A DNA stretch of 64,000 bases from Kudoa neothunni (Eukaryota > Animalia > Cnidaria). Positions 27,801-41,603 of this stretch are shown piece by piece; positions within the stretch are counted from its first letter, which is position 1; every line of letters begins with the position of its first letter. The notes beneath the pieces were generated by a model. That model was not told where the DNA came from, did no database searches, and worked only from the letters and a program-made list of their open reading frames with translations. The translations under genes were made by a program, and so were the position numbers. The stretch is from contig OZ199839.1 of assembly GCA_964304625.1 (NCBI GenBank), positions 4,403,176 to 4,467,175 on the forward strand. The letters are read 5' to 3'.

Positions 27801-30009
27801 CAAATGCGACGGATTTCTCTGAAAATGACCCGTTTAAACAGTCATTTAATAAGCTTATGGATAACGGCAATCAAAGCAACAGCCCAACTGATCTGACTGG
27901 TGGAAAAATCGAGAAAAATATAAGTGTTACTCCTTTCCAAAACATTACTCGAATTTCACCTGGAAATGAAACTCATCCTATTCCAGTAAATGTTGAAAGA
28001 TTTAGCATAGATGAAGTAAACGAGAACTATTGTATTCGATTATTTGATTCACTGTCTACATTTAGAAACCAGAAAGATCCATGGATAAAAATGAAACGAT
28101 TTCTTCAACCACCACTAATGCTCCGACCACTCCCAATGTAACGCATACAGTCGGCCAAGAAAGTAGTATTCTCATTATAATACGTTATCAAAATCTTATC
28201 TAATGTCTTTAGTTGAAAATAAAAACGAATCATTAGCAAATGACGAGATGAAGAAAAAACTGGAGAGTTCTTTTAAGATAGCAAAAGCTGAAGGATCAAC
28301 TAAATTAATTGGTCCATTCGACGAGAAAAACTCAACATTAAAACTGTTGACTAACGCTATCGCTGGAAATATTACTGATGAGAAGAAAGAAAATTATCTC
28401 AGCGAATTAAACACAGATCAAAATAATCCTAATATCGACTGGCATTTGACATCGAAAGCTGTGAGTATAGACTTTTCTCCCAACGTGACACAAACTAATT
28501 GGACGACTATGGAACATCCTAATTGGGAAAATAAAACAAATTATGGTTTGTCGAACTTCACGAAGATTGAAAAATTTTCAAATACGCGAACGAATTTTAG
28601 CAATTTTGGTGGTGAAGCAAGAAACATTCCAAGCGGGCCGCCTCCCGATCCCCAGGTTAAAAGTGATGTAAAGGCAATAGCCAATGCAAACAAGGGTGAA
28701 AATATCAATGTGAGTACTCTCTCGTTAAATGAGTCACAGAAACCAAATTCAACCATCCAAAACACGGTCCAAAAACCAGAATACGGTCCAATAAACGCTC
28801 CAATCCATAATACTACCAACAACACATCTCAGAAATCACTTATAAAAGATGGAGATTCATTTAGGTCGTTAGAAATAATTAACGAACCATTAGATCAAAA
28901 TGCAACTCTGTGGAAAAATAAGTGTGATTGTGGCAATGGAGGTGTATCGTGCGATAAGTGTGCTGAGGCACCATCGAAAGATAAATCAGCCCTGATCAAC
29001 AGTTTTGAAAAGTCAAAAAAACAGTAACAATCAGAATTTAGTCAACACTAACCGAGTTACTGGACAAAAAATTGACGGAATTCCATTCAGTGGCCAAATA
29101 GAAATGTCCAACAAAAAATTCAATGTAGAAGGTACTGTAATGGAAGACAGCCAAGGAAAAACTATCACTAATGGTGATTACTCAGTATCTTCCAGTAATG
29201 ATAATATGATTGGAATGAGTTTGTTGAAAAACGGAGGATACGACCCGAAACAACAAAATCATAATCCAGAGTTAGAGTTTATGGAATCATCTGCAAATCT
29301 CAAATTGACGCCACTCACAAATGACCATTTCAAAAAACATACAAAACAAAATAAAACACGTATACTACGAACTAAAAAAGGATTGATAGAATTAGTTGGA
29401 GAGCTAGGTGATTCAAACGAAGAAGATTCCACTCCTACTCCCAATAGCTCGGCTCCCAAAAACGAATCATCAGTTAGTAAAATAATTTCCAATTTAGAAA
29501 AACTGCTAGCTAACAGTGTTCCAACTGAAAACAACACCTTAGACAATATCAAAGATCTATTTAAATCTCGCATGATGGATATGCTTGCCAATCACCAGCT
29601 ATCAGAAAATGCCACAACTCTACCAAATAATGGCACAACCACTCTTAACAATAGCCAACCACTAGGTAATGAAAACAAAACAAATAGTTCTGTTTTGAGC
29701 AATGAGATCTCTGGCCAAAAGAAAACTTTCACTAATCCTCAACAACCTCCAAACACAAATGATGCCAAGAAGGATTCAATAACCATTAACGATAGTGGTG
29801 CTAAAACAAATCAAGTCGCTACATTGATTGCTATTATTCTTGCTGGGTTGATCGTGATCGGTATGGGTGTTGTAGCTGTAGTTGCTGTTGTTGCAAAATC
29901 GATAGACGAACGCTCGAAATCATCCAAATCAAAACTTTCCAAAGATAAACAACGTACCAGTTCTCCAAGAGCTCATCGCCTTAGAGAGAAAATACCTTTC
30001 AATACCTAA
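24868..30009 (+). CDS. Arylsulfatase B/I/J-like protein, predicted catalytically inactive, with signal peptide, long Asn/Ser/Thr-rich stalk and C-terminal TM helix (~1400 aa, ~9 exons)
   Basis: KPHIVLI, GWDD, TPNL..LA..G, LPEYLKELGY.T..GKW.LG, NYPLKGGK..WEGGVR, HITDWMPT, LFNI..DPCE..NLA. TM VATLIAIILAGLIVIGMGVVAVVAVVA followed by a basic tail. One frameshift at the A7 run 29015-29021. Confidence 0.88.
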
Positions 30010-31561
30010 GTGTAGAATACTTCGCTTCGTCCACATCTCTATTACCTTAGTTTATGTGCTAGTGTTGATTGATTTATGTTTAATGCTGAATTTGCAGATA
30101 TAATTTCTTAAAAATAAAAGCCAAAAATAATTCTTTTAATTTTATTAATAATCTTACAAAAATGGTATGCATTTTAGCAAAAAAAGATTTTACTCATCAA
30201 TCAATTCTAAAATGAATTAATATATCTAAATAAGTAGTTAGCACAATACAGCATCAATAATAATTTACTCGTTATATTTCAGTTAATTCAATACTTCGTG
30301 TCATTTTATTAAAATAATAATTTATTTTTATTTGTTAATCTTTAATTTTAATTTAAGAAGATAAAATGTCTAATGTAAGATACAAACGAATTTTTCTAAA
30401 AGTTCCCCATAATAGTAGTTAATTTTAAATGTAAATATAAGTGTATTCTTTGAGATATTTAAAAAATTATATTCTTTTAAGTAATTATTAAAATATTACG
30501 TAGCAACATTTGAGAAGGGAAGTGTTCGGTTATATCCTAACAGTTCTATATTTTAATAAGAAAATTTAACAACACTTAAACAACCACTTACATATTTGCA
30601 ATTTTGTTTTCAATCAAAACGAGGCTCATAAGAAAAATTTTATCTGTTACATTGGGAAACCGTTCTACGACATTACACATTTTATTTCATAATATTTAAA
30701 AAATTTTTCACATTGATGGAATGAAAAATACAATGAATATGTTATGGCTGTAATGATCTGCGAAGCTCGCCTGTAAACATTTCGAATAAAATTGGAGGGT
30801 CGATTTCATCGCGCCAGAGGCCTGTGACTTGCAGCTGATATTGTGTTAAATTAATTTGATAAATATGTTAAAAACGCAAGAAAAATATATTTATTAAAAT
30901 TATAATGCAAATAAGCGAAATCCACTTTAATTAATTAGAAAATAATTATCAATTACAATCTCCAATCTCCAATATAAAGGACGTGTTTTTATCAAGGAAG
31001 AGCGTTTAATTTCTAAATTTCGAAATAACATCATCTATGTGGGCATATTACTTTAAACTCCCATTTTTTGATTATAAGAGATATAAGAAGATTGATTTTT
31101 TCTTAACCAAATTGAATTATTTTAGGTTTATTGGATAATACACAAGTTAAACGCGAGTTATTATAGATGGCTACTATGCAATTGCTAGAAAATTAATTTA
31201 CAAATCTATAATAAATAATGGCATCGTTTCTGATCCATTTAATTGATTTTTTACCTTTTTCAATTAGTTTTATCGCATAATTTTTGTCTTCAGCAATCAT
31301 TTCTAAAAGATTCAAATTCAATAATATTTTCCACTTTTTTTACGAATCTCCTGGAATATTCCCACAAATATCTAAACGTACACCAATCATTAAATTGAAG
31401 CACTTGCTAATGCAAAAATAAGCTTTTTATATTAAATTAGAGATTAAAATAAACAGTGATGACTAAAATTATCTCGATTTTTGGAATTGTCTGCATATGC
31501 TGATAAGTTGAAATATTCCTAAAAGTATTGACCTAAAATGTATTCACTTAATGAAGGCAGA

Positions 31562-33352
31562 GGCTATTCGCACTGTAAATTTTAATCTCAATCTGTGCGC
31601 GTGCATACTCAGCGCGTTTTTAAATCGTCACGTCTTATTCGAAAGTTCGATGCAGATTTAATTATTTAGAATTTGCTATATATAGTTATTTTCGGCCCAT
31701 TTTTTCGCTTTTAGGATTGAGAAATAATTACATATAGTAAAACCCACAAGCAAAAATTCGCCGGTGCAAACGCAATGCACTTAACTATAATTAATTTTCT
31801 CTATAATCACGAAAAGACGACAAATCTAAATTATAATAATATAATAAATAAAGCTAAATCAATTTCCAACTATGAGTTTTTGCTATTCTCTCTAGATAGA
31901 ACAATCCATAATATATAATATCGGTGATAATTCAACGCTATTTCCTTCAATTTGGTAAACTTCTCTTCTTTCTTTAAATTTTCCGCTGAGGAAGGATTGC
32001 ACATCAGAAAATTAATATCTTGTTCAACAAGACTCTGAGTCTCTTAATTTCTCAATGAATATTGGTAATCCAGGATGCGTTTGATCAAAACAGCCGTAAA
32101 AATGACGATGGAAATTCTCGGCAGCATTGCGTTAGTTGTTAGATCAGTTCCATCCATCAGTCTATCGTACGCATTCCATGATAAATTTTGATACTTGTAA
32201 TTTTGAATAAAATTTCCTTCGAAATAGTTAAAAAATGAAGATAATTCATTTATCTCAAGATTTTTGGATTTTTGCTTTAATTTTACAAATTCGTGTTTTA
32301 ATGTATCAAGCGGTACAAAGGCTAACAATGTAAAACACTTGATAAACAGGCGAAAATCAGAATCATCGCAATATCTGGTCTCCAAACCTAAATTTTGGAT
32401 TTTCCCCCATATGCATTGCCCAAAATGAAACAAACAATGAAATGTGTTGGAATGTTTTGATGCTTTTTAAAAGCATTGGAAGCGGGACGTTCAAAATCAA
32501 ATATAATACTTGTGGGAACTTGAATTGAACGTTAGCCTTGTCTTTTAATATCAATAAAACCCTTTCATAGCTCTCTTGGAATTTATCAACCATTAGGACA
32601 AAAATCAACGGAAAAATTCTACCAAATATTTTACCGTGGATCATGTATACTTGATAAAATTTGTTAGGAACCGCATTAAACGTACCATCAGATACCCACG
32701 TTTCGCAATTATTTAGGTGTACTATATTATTATCTGTTGTGAATATTATAATTCTATTGGTCGACTTGGACCCAGAATCATACAAACAAAACTGTCCTTG
32801 CATATGCGTAACAATGTTTTGTTTGCTTAAATCGATTTCCAAGTCCATAGTAACATAATTTCTCTTTCGAGAGTTCTGGATGTTTTTGTGAATATTCTTT
32901 GGGGAATTGTGGGTATTTCACTTATTCTGTTTGTTGTAGTTTTAATTGAATAAATTTTGGAGGGTGGATAATGATTATTTTCAGCCAGTAATTTTACGTC
33001 ACAGTAGAAAACCTTTTTATTTATTTCTTCATCAGAAACTGTACGGTCGTGATAGCCTCTTTTCTCGATGCTATCAATTTTATCGCTAAGCGTTGTCGAT
33101 AATTGGCCCTTACATTTCCTGACGTCACATCTCCAATATTGTTATTCTTAGTGTAATCTTTAACATAAAAAAATCCCTCGTAAAGAATTTTATCGCTTCC
33201 GCGTTGTGTTTTTAATGGAACGTACTTATTATTGGAATTATCCTTTCCCGTCATAGCCCTGTTTGTCAATTGTAGCATTGCGCTCGCGCAAACAGGGTTT
33301 TAGCCATCTCAAATCTAGCAAAACCTGAATATTTTTTACCGTTCTAGTAGCC
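31562..33352 (-). mobile_element. Mutator (MULE) element with FLYWCH-like N-terminus, frameshifted
   Basis: KTQRGSDKILYEGFFY, WVSDGTFNAVP..FYQVYMIHG, FPLIFVLM, FHFGQCIW, LAFVP, TTN. Weak TIR GGCTA.T.G.AC.GTAAA; TSD not found. Confidence 0.85.
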
Positions 33353-33581
33353 ACCTCGTTAAATCAATTCACTATGAGGATAAATAGACTAAGCCAACTT
33401 AAAACACAACCTAAAAGTTCCTAATTTATAAATGACAACTGGACGAAAAATACACAAATAAAAATCAAAGATGCTTAATATCTGAAATATATCAAAAAAA
33501 TATTTATGCTATTATAACGATATTAATAGTAGAAATGCTTCAGGGAATAAAAACTTCACGGACACAACTTCACAGTAAGGT

Positions 33582-36500
33582 TCATAACAATGACATTATT
33601 TTTTTGGAGATAGCCGTAGTTAACTCAGATAGGTTTGATCTTACAGTTAATCTCATAGTCTATAAAATATTCAGAGTTAAAGCAATAAATATTGACTTAC
33701 AGCACTATCAATTTTCGTCTCAAGCCTTGTTATGCAACCAGCAACAAATGCCTGGCAGTAGAATGCGGATGCAGTTACAAAATTCATTGGATTAGGATCA
33801 ATGCCATTGAGAATTTCCATATTTAGAGATTTTAACTATGTAAAAGTAAAACAACGTAAATATCAACAAATCAACCTTTTCAGTAATGTAGGCACTATCA
33901 AATACCCTGGAAGCTTCAAAAATCTCAATATTCTCAAGTTCAGGACTAAATCAAAGTGCAATTCAACATTAGGTCTAAACAAACATCATTCACGAATAGC
34001 TTACCTAGCCATATTATTCCATATGTTAACAAAAATTGGAGAGTTCTATAGTGTATGGCATCATATAGTTGACCACACTGACCGGTAACATCAACGGTAG
34101 TATTTTCACGTTTTGTAAATCATTAGAAGACCTAACAGACCAATCAAAAATAAAGTTGAGATAAATTTATGTATACAACAAATGAATAGTGATGGTAACG
34201 CCCAAACTCAACGGTGAGTTGCACACAGATTGAAAATTAAAAGAACAGCCACCGGAGAATATTTTTGTGCAATCGGGAGTGAATGTCGAAAACAAAACTT
34301 CTACATAGTTGGTAGTTGGTGTTTGTTAAAGACTCATAATATATGCATTACCTTTCGATTCAGACGTAGAATAATTCACAACTTTTAAGTGAATATAAGG
34401 ATCTGTTGATTCCAGGCGTATTTCATGAGATCCAACGCTCTGATTATATATAGAAGCCATTTTTACAGTCAATGATTTGTCTTCAAAGAGGGTTCCAGAG
34501 TTCGATGTCAGAAATCTATATTTAAAGAGAATACATCAGGTGCAACGAAACGACCAAATCATCAGTTAAAGCTTCGAAATTTTGTATATAGAAATATTCA
34601 TCTTTTAGATCATATAACTTGAATATTATTTATGTAACGCAACTTTACTAATTTATGGAAGAACTCACTTGAACAAAGTTTCTACATAATATAATATATT
34701 CAATTTAAGAATTTATATTGGAACTGAATAATACTCAAGTTTTTATGGTTTATAGATAAAGTATGAACGGGAAAACAACAGTGACCATTATTTTATTCAA
34801 AATACTCCTTCTCTAGATAGAGGTTAAATGAAACCTAACTTACTGTTTAATATCTAAATCAGTAGTCTAAACATTTTTTGTCGACCCCCCTCCAGAGATG
34901 TTATTAAAAAAATTAAAATATTCTTAGCTTTTCGACTAGAACAAATACAAATATATGCACTATATCCCATTAATATTCTATTTCCAATATATAATAAAAT
35001 GCAAAATTATATTGATGAAAAAATATTATTTATTAACAATGTAACATCAAAATATATCGGAAAAATTTAAGATATTTGCAAATATCTATACAGATATATA
35101 TAATCCAGCCATGCCACGAAAAACAACTATATTAGAGAATTTACCACAGCGAATCTGTTTTTCGTCATAAATCATTCTCAATAGGTCTCCCCAAGTAGGG
35201 TCGCTTGTATATGATTATAGTTACATAATTTTGCACTAATTAAATACAACGTCAGATTTTTTTATATTAAACTACATCGTATACATAGAGAATTTAATAT
35301 TTACTCGTGGCTGTCTTTAAAAGTTAATAAGAATATCTTCATCTTTACCTTAAAATAATTTGACGTAGCTGGAGGTCGATTGAAGAGTTTTTGAAGTGTC
35401 CGCAGGGGTTGAAAGGACAATTGCAATTTATTATAATTATTTTCGTAGCTTTTATAATTTTTATTCAAATCAATCTTAAAAATAAGACTTATCCTTCTTA
35501 GTCAATTAAATACTTAATTTAAACCATCGTTATTGTTTTACATTCTGTTCATAACAATCAGTACTAATGATCCTTTAAATTTAAGAAAAATTTAACGCTA
35601 ATTTTATATGAGCTGCAATGTCTCTACATTAATGAAATTAAATAATTAGGAAAATTGGAGATCAATTTTAACCTATAAAATAAAACACAAATATTATTGG
35701 GTAGTTTTAATTAATTTTATTAAATAATGTAGAATGGAGTAGAAAGATGGGAAGAATTATCTTAAAAGCCCGTCAAATTCAGTGGAATCTCTTAACGCGT
35801 ATCGATCCTCTTTCCGACCTCTAACTTAATTAACGACCACATTGGAGAGCCATTGCATAGAACGTAAGAAAAAAATTAATTATTTTAATTTTAATCAGCT
35901 TTAAAATTCCGATTTTACTCTATTTAGACTTTCAGCTACCTGTCTAAGAATGGAGCATTGAGGATTTGTCCATATGAAGGTAGGGTTGGAGTGGTTGACA
36001 TTCGTGGAGATGGGGCGTTTTCCTTGATAGATGCAAGTGCTACACAAAAATCACCTATGAAAATAAAACATCATAAAACATACTATTTGAGGATTCAACA
36101 AATTGCGTGGCTTTGGCAGACTCATCTCCGGATAGAAGATCAGTGGCACTAGATACGAGATTATCTTGTTGAATGCTTCTATCGGCACTCTCGATAATTT
36201 CATCTTCACATCCATCGCTCTCTGTGTATTCGAACACTGGCATTTCGCTCAATACTATAAAGGTGTTGAGTATTATGCGCCGGTAAAAAGAGTTCGTTAC
36301 CCACAGACAGCATATTATTATCTTTGGTGAGTAGTTGTCTGTATTCACATGCCCGTTGTTGAAGTTCGGTGTCAATATTTTGGGTGACAATGTTGTTGTT
36401 GAAAAACTATACACCATAACATTACACTCAAAGCAAATGGCACACGTACGTCGGTGATTTGCTGCCTAAGAGTGGCTTGATTGAATGCCATTTTAGCCAG

Positions 36501-38607
36501 GGCAGTGAGTATAATATTTTTTGTGCTAACACCATAAAAAGGAAACAACCCAATGACCAAAGAGTATTGGGATTGAGAGCTGAACGAGGTCTGTTTGCAA
36601 ACGAGGTGGCCGTACTCACCGATAAGATACACGCCAAGTTTGGCGATATATTCGGAACTGTTGGGATGGTTGAGATAATTTATCAGAGTTTTGACCGAGT
36701 ATTCTTGAATGTCTCTGTATTCGCAGACGGTTTGAGCAATTTTAAACCATACTTCTTCGCCGGCCAATTCTCTTCCATGGATCAGCACGTTTATCATGCT
36801 GTCGATGTACCATTTGGCATCGGAGATACTTTTGGAGGCAATAGCACAGATTTTGAGTGATAGTTCTTCCCTTATACAGAATTCGGCATTCATTAGAAAT
36901 TTGATCATATTTTCCACTATTTTTTTCGAGTTGGATAAATCTCCAACACTGTATATAACGGAAACAGCTTGTAGTCGAAGGCCGGAATTTTTTTCAGAAA
37001 CGATCAAATCTGAAAGTCGCTGAGAGAAATCTTTGATAATTACTCGAAACGATGGAGTGTGCTTCATTTTGATTAAATTCTCGAGGAAAAGGAATCGATA
37101 GTTGGTTTCAGCGGAAGACAGCATTTTGGAGAGATAGTTGTACGCTTGACTCAAGCATTCCTCATTGACCGTTTTGGATGCAACAACGCTGACCGCTTCG
37201 AATTTAATAGCATTCAATATGTTGGAATAATGGATTTTTTTGCTGGATGACTTGTTTGGAGCATGTGGGTTTTCCAGCGAGAAAATTAGTTGCAGCAACT
37301 TGGATAACGGTAACGTGGATTCGTTTGATGGATTTAACAACTGTAACAACTGCAATGATTTAATTATAGTCCAAGGGGATATAATATTGTAATAGCTCAA
37401 CGGAGAAATGGACGAGATTACACATAGCTAATAAATTATAGTTGCACTAAATCAATTTAACAATCTTTAAAACCTACCTTGAAAAGATGTTGAATGATGG
37501 TGGGAAACAAGAAAGACAAATTGTCTCCATTCACAAGTGCACCTTCATATAAAATATTGGTTATAGGTAACAACATCATCTATCAAATCAAACTAATAGT
37601 AAACAACAAAAACAAACCAACTTCTAAAAAAATACTTCGGAAGCTGAGGAGTACATTTTTAAAATCTTGTTAAAAATTTCAGGATATTTAGAAATGTATT
37701 GTTTATCGTGCTTAATGAAAGCCAAATAACAACTTAAATACATTTGATATTCACTGTTTTCTTGAGGTCTGTGTGTTGAAGAAATTAGATAGTTAAATTA
37801 ACAACAAAATTCATCACATCAACGATAATTGTTTGTGTAATACCGGACTCAATTCATCAATCATATCCTCATTTATAACAAATGGTATAAAGTGGGTAGC
37901 CATCATTACACTGTAATAATTCAACGAACATAAATCAGATGCCACATTATTGATTATAATATGATTCAAATCGCTATCCTCACTGCTCGAGAGTAGAGAC
38001 AAAAACAAATATCCCTATACATCATCACATAATCCAATATATATACAATGTAGAGATACGACAAATAAATGACAAAATATAATACAATTTGTTTTTCGGA
38101 TTGCTTGGCGGATGCCAACAAGAACGCTGCTTCCGATTGTCCAATGTTTACTTCGTATCCAAGTAAAAATATAAGAACTAATTTGGCGATATATTTTTTC
38201 CGATGGTAACCATCAATGTTTTTGTCCGCTATTTAAAAAAATTCATCATCAGTATGATAAACCACTTAAATATCTGTAATTGGTTGCATACTTCTAAATT
38301 TATTTCTTATATTTGCCAACTCTTTGTTTACACGTTTGACCTCTGCTTCTCTAGATTTACCTACGTACATATAAACTATCAGTATCAATGATGATGCACA
38401 TACACAAACGAATATCAGTGATGAATTGGGTTAAACCTTTCATTTGATCTTTGGTGTTGAATGCGGCCGCCTCAACTTTACCTTCTACAACGCAAGCACA
38501 TATAAAATACAGTGGTCGTTTTCAAACCAAAGTTTCCATTTTAAATAATATTAAATAGATGTTAAGCTACCGATTTTCTGTAGTAAATTATTGATTATCT
38601 GAACCAT
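33582..38607 (-). CDS. AP2A: AP-2 complex subunit alpha (alpha-adaptin), multi-exon, divergent
   Basis: MKGLTQFITDIR (Met at 38443), NAIKFEA, ETNYRFLFLE, EFCIREELSLKI, WYID, EEVWFKIAQ.V, YLIGEYG; appendage RFLTSNSGTLFED; C-terminus MRLTVRS...MSLL*. First exon (ATG 38607) tentative. Confidence 0.9.
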
Positions 38608-41522
38608 CTTCTGCAAATCAAAGTTAGAAAAATAACCAAGTGTACTTATAGAAAAAAATACTTTGATCAATGACTGTGTATAACACAAAATCGTATTACC
38701 GAGTGCATTTACATCGACAGCCGAATGGATTACTTATGTATACCAAGAAACACACCCGGCCAATTTTATATTTCCAAATGTTTTTGCCTATTTTGTGGAT
38801 TATTATTTGAAGAATACTGTTATTATGCATTTTTAACGTTAAATAAGTGGGTTTTCGGAATGCGTACTCTTGTGTATTGTTTCCCGTAAAATATCAAATA
38901 TAATAGTATTAGTTGATATTTTAATCTGCTGTAAATGTGAATAATTAATATATTCTCTATCCAATAACGATAAATTGTCAATTCCGTGTTGTATCAGTTT
39001 ATGGAACATTATATTTTGTTACTTTTTTCTCCATCACACAATTTAACTCGTTATCTTTGATTAACCTATAATATAACAATCATTCCTTCCCGTCTTTTCT
39101 ATAAAGACACTACTTCAATTTTTTGACCGAATAGTTCTATTCTATGTTATATGTGTTGGGGTTTTGCTGATATTAATATGGTTATACTTTTTGAAATTCG
39201 AAATCATCAACTTTATATCTCGTAACCTTGTATAATTATAAGGTTTTATATGTCGTATAATTATAATATCACAGAAAGACCATCCAGTTAATAGAAACAC
39301 TTAAAATGTGGGAAATTAGATGGGACCATTGGAGATAATCGCGACGATTGTTATGAGTATTATCATTACGAACACCCTGTTAGATGTATCGTTGTTGACC
39401 CGACACTTGTGTTTTGATGTTCGAAACAAAAACATAGGATTAAAATGTTTAATAAAACTTTAAAATCAAAAATATATTATGTGAAACAATTTTATCATAT
39501 TTAGAAAACATTTAAACTTATTATTCAGTAATACATTGGCTCACGAACTCTAAACTAAATGCTTGGATGTATCAATGTGTCGATTTAGTACGCTCCTTTG
39601 ATGGTATAACTCTTAGCAGGTGATTATTACCTATTATTCGGATAGTTTTTATCTCTAAGCTTAAGAGAATTCTAACTCTGTGAATTAATTTTCAGGATTT
39701 GTTACATTATAAAGGGACTGCTAAATTATATAAGTTGTTTTATCGAATATTAATCGTACAACATTCCATTGAGTATAAATAAATTGCTGATTCCAATTAG
39801 TTTAGAATAGTAAGTTTAAATTTAATCGAATTAACCTTAGGTGATTTTAAGATATAAAATTGAACACCTGTATTAGCATGAAGGAGTGAATTTTTCTAAA
39901 AACCTCATTTAACCCAGGTATATAATTATAAATGTTTCATACATAAAATGATTGATCAATTAATTTATTCCAATTTATCAACAAAATTAATATTTTGTAT
40001 AATTCAACTTGAATTTTAACGACAAACTTTGTTATTAAAACATTAAGTTGGAGGCATTCTTCATCAACATTAATCCTTAGTTTAAAAACAAATTATTCGT
40101 TTAAAAATTATAAATTTAAAAACTTAATTATCTTCTGTGTCATTTTAAAAAACTTGATAAAACATAATTGTCATTTATTTATGCTAGACGTGAGGCGCGT
40201 AATATGCAAAACTTTAACATCTCATTAAATATTGCTTCATTTTGTTAATTATTTTTATATAAATTATTTAGATAAAAACGTACTGCCAAAAGGATTAATT
40301 AATACATATAAGAACAAATAATCCATCACTCTTCCCATAATCAATATGAACGAAAAAAGATAAATTATGGAAGACTCCAGCATAATTAAGATTTAAACTT
40401 TTGGGAACACTTACCTTAAAATGGGTCAAAAGTTTTTTTATTTGTTATCTACAAGTACATGAATGTAAGTTACAGATTTCATAAGAGACTTTTTTCCTAT
40501 TATTTTCCATTCAATATCTACAATATTACAGCTACTCCTAAAAATAATGCGATCTGTAATATACCCAACAATTGTATTTCAAAGAATTCATTAGTAAAAT
40601 GATTTCATTTTCACTTCTAAAAAAATTTTGTATAAAAAATTCCCGTCACAAACGTTTTTTTAATTATAAACATTATTTTTAAGATATTTCTTTTTATATG
40701 AGCGTTTTCTGACAGCTTTTTATTATAATACACGTTTCTTATATAAAACTAAAATAAATTATGTCGTAAATTGTTTTAAAGATAGGATAGGTTTATCGGT
40801 TAACTAGCATAAAAACTATAAATACAATGTGTTATGTATATAGAGCCATTTTTAGAGGTGAAACTAATATAGTATCATCGGAATTTAGGTTGACTTGGTC
40901 CAATAAAACATTTTTACTACTTAAGATGTTAATGTATAATCAGTGAAAATTTTTTCATTGAGAAAAAATAACAGCAAAATTAACTAAAGACTTGAAAAAT
41001 GTAAACAATAGCTTGTAGGCATAATACCGAATATTCGGCTGTTTGTATTTTGGTATTCATTTTATCTTGTTCATAATTATAAAAATTTTTATAATAGCTT
41101 TGATGAATACATGTTTAAAAATAAAAATTTATACACATACCCATTATGAAAAGGTATAACGTGATTGTTTACAGTAAGATTGTGAGGTCACTTTACAAAT
41201 CTATACACCTTTGCAAATGATTTAAATGTCAATTTTCCATAACAGTTTTTATTTATAAATATATTTTCGTACAAATTATAAAAAATAAGAGTTCATTTAA
41301 TGAAATTTTTTTGAATAAAATAGATTTTTGCTCATTAGCTTGATGGCTCATAGTCCTGCTACTTACATCAAATCTTAGAGGCTTTGTGGTATAATTCTTC
41401 CAGTATCGAATATTAAATTAAAAAATTTGGAATAGATTGAGATAAAAACGCATGAATAGTACTTCGAAAATAAGTTAAGTAGCGATAATTTTGGCTTAAT
41501 GAGATTCTTGTTGTTGCTCTCA

Positions 41523-41603
41523 GGACCGAGCTGAGATATGCAGCTTTCGTATAAGCGGTGAGATAACCCATGTGATGACAGGGTTCGAATCTCACACAGT
41601 CCA
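41523..41603 (+). other. tRNA-like / tRNA-SINE-head remnant
   Basis: B-box GGGTTCGAATCTC, A-box-like GTATAAGCGGTGAG, GGAC...GTCCA end pairing. No proper anticodon arm. Confidence 0.3.
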
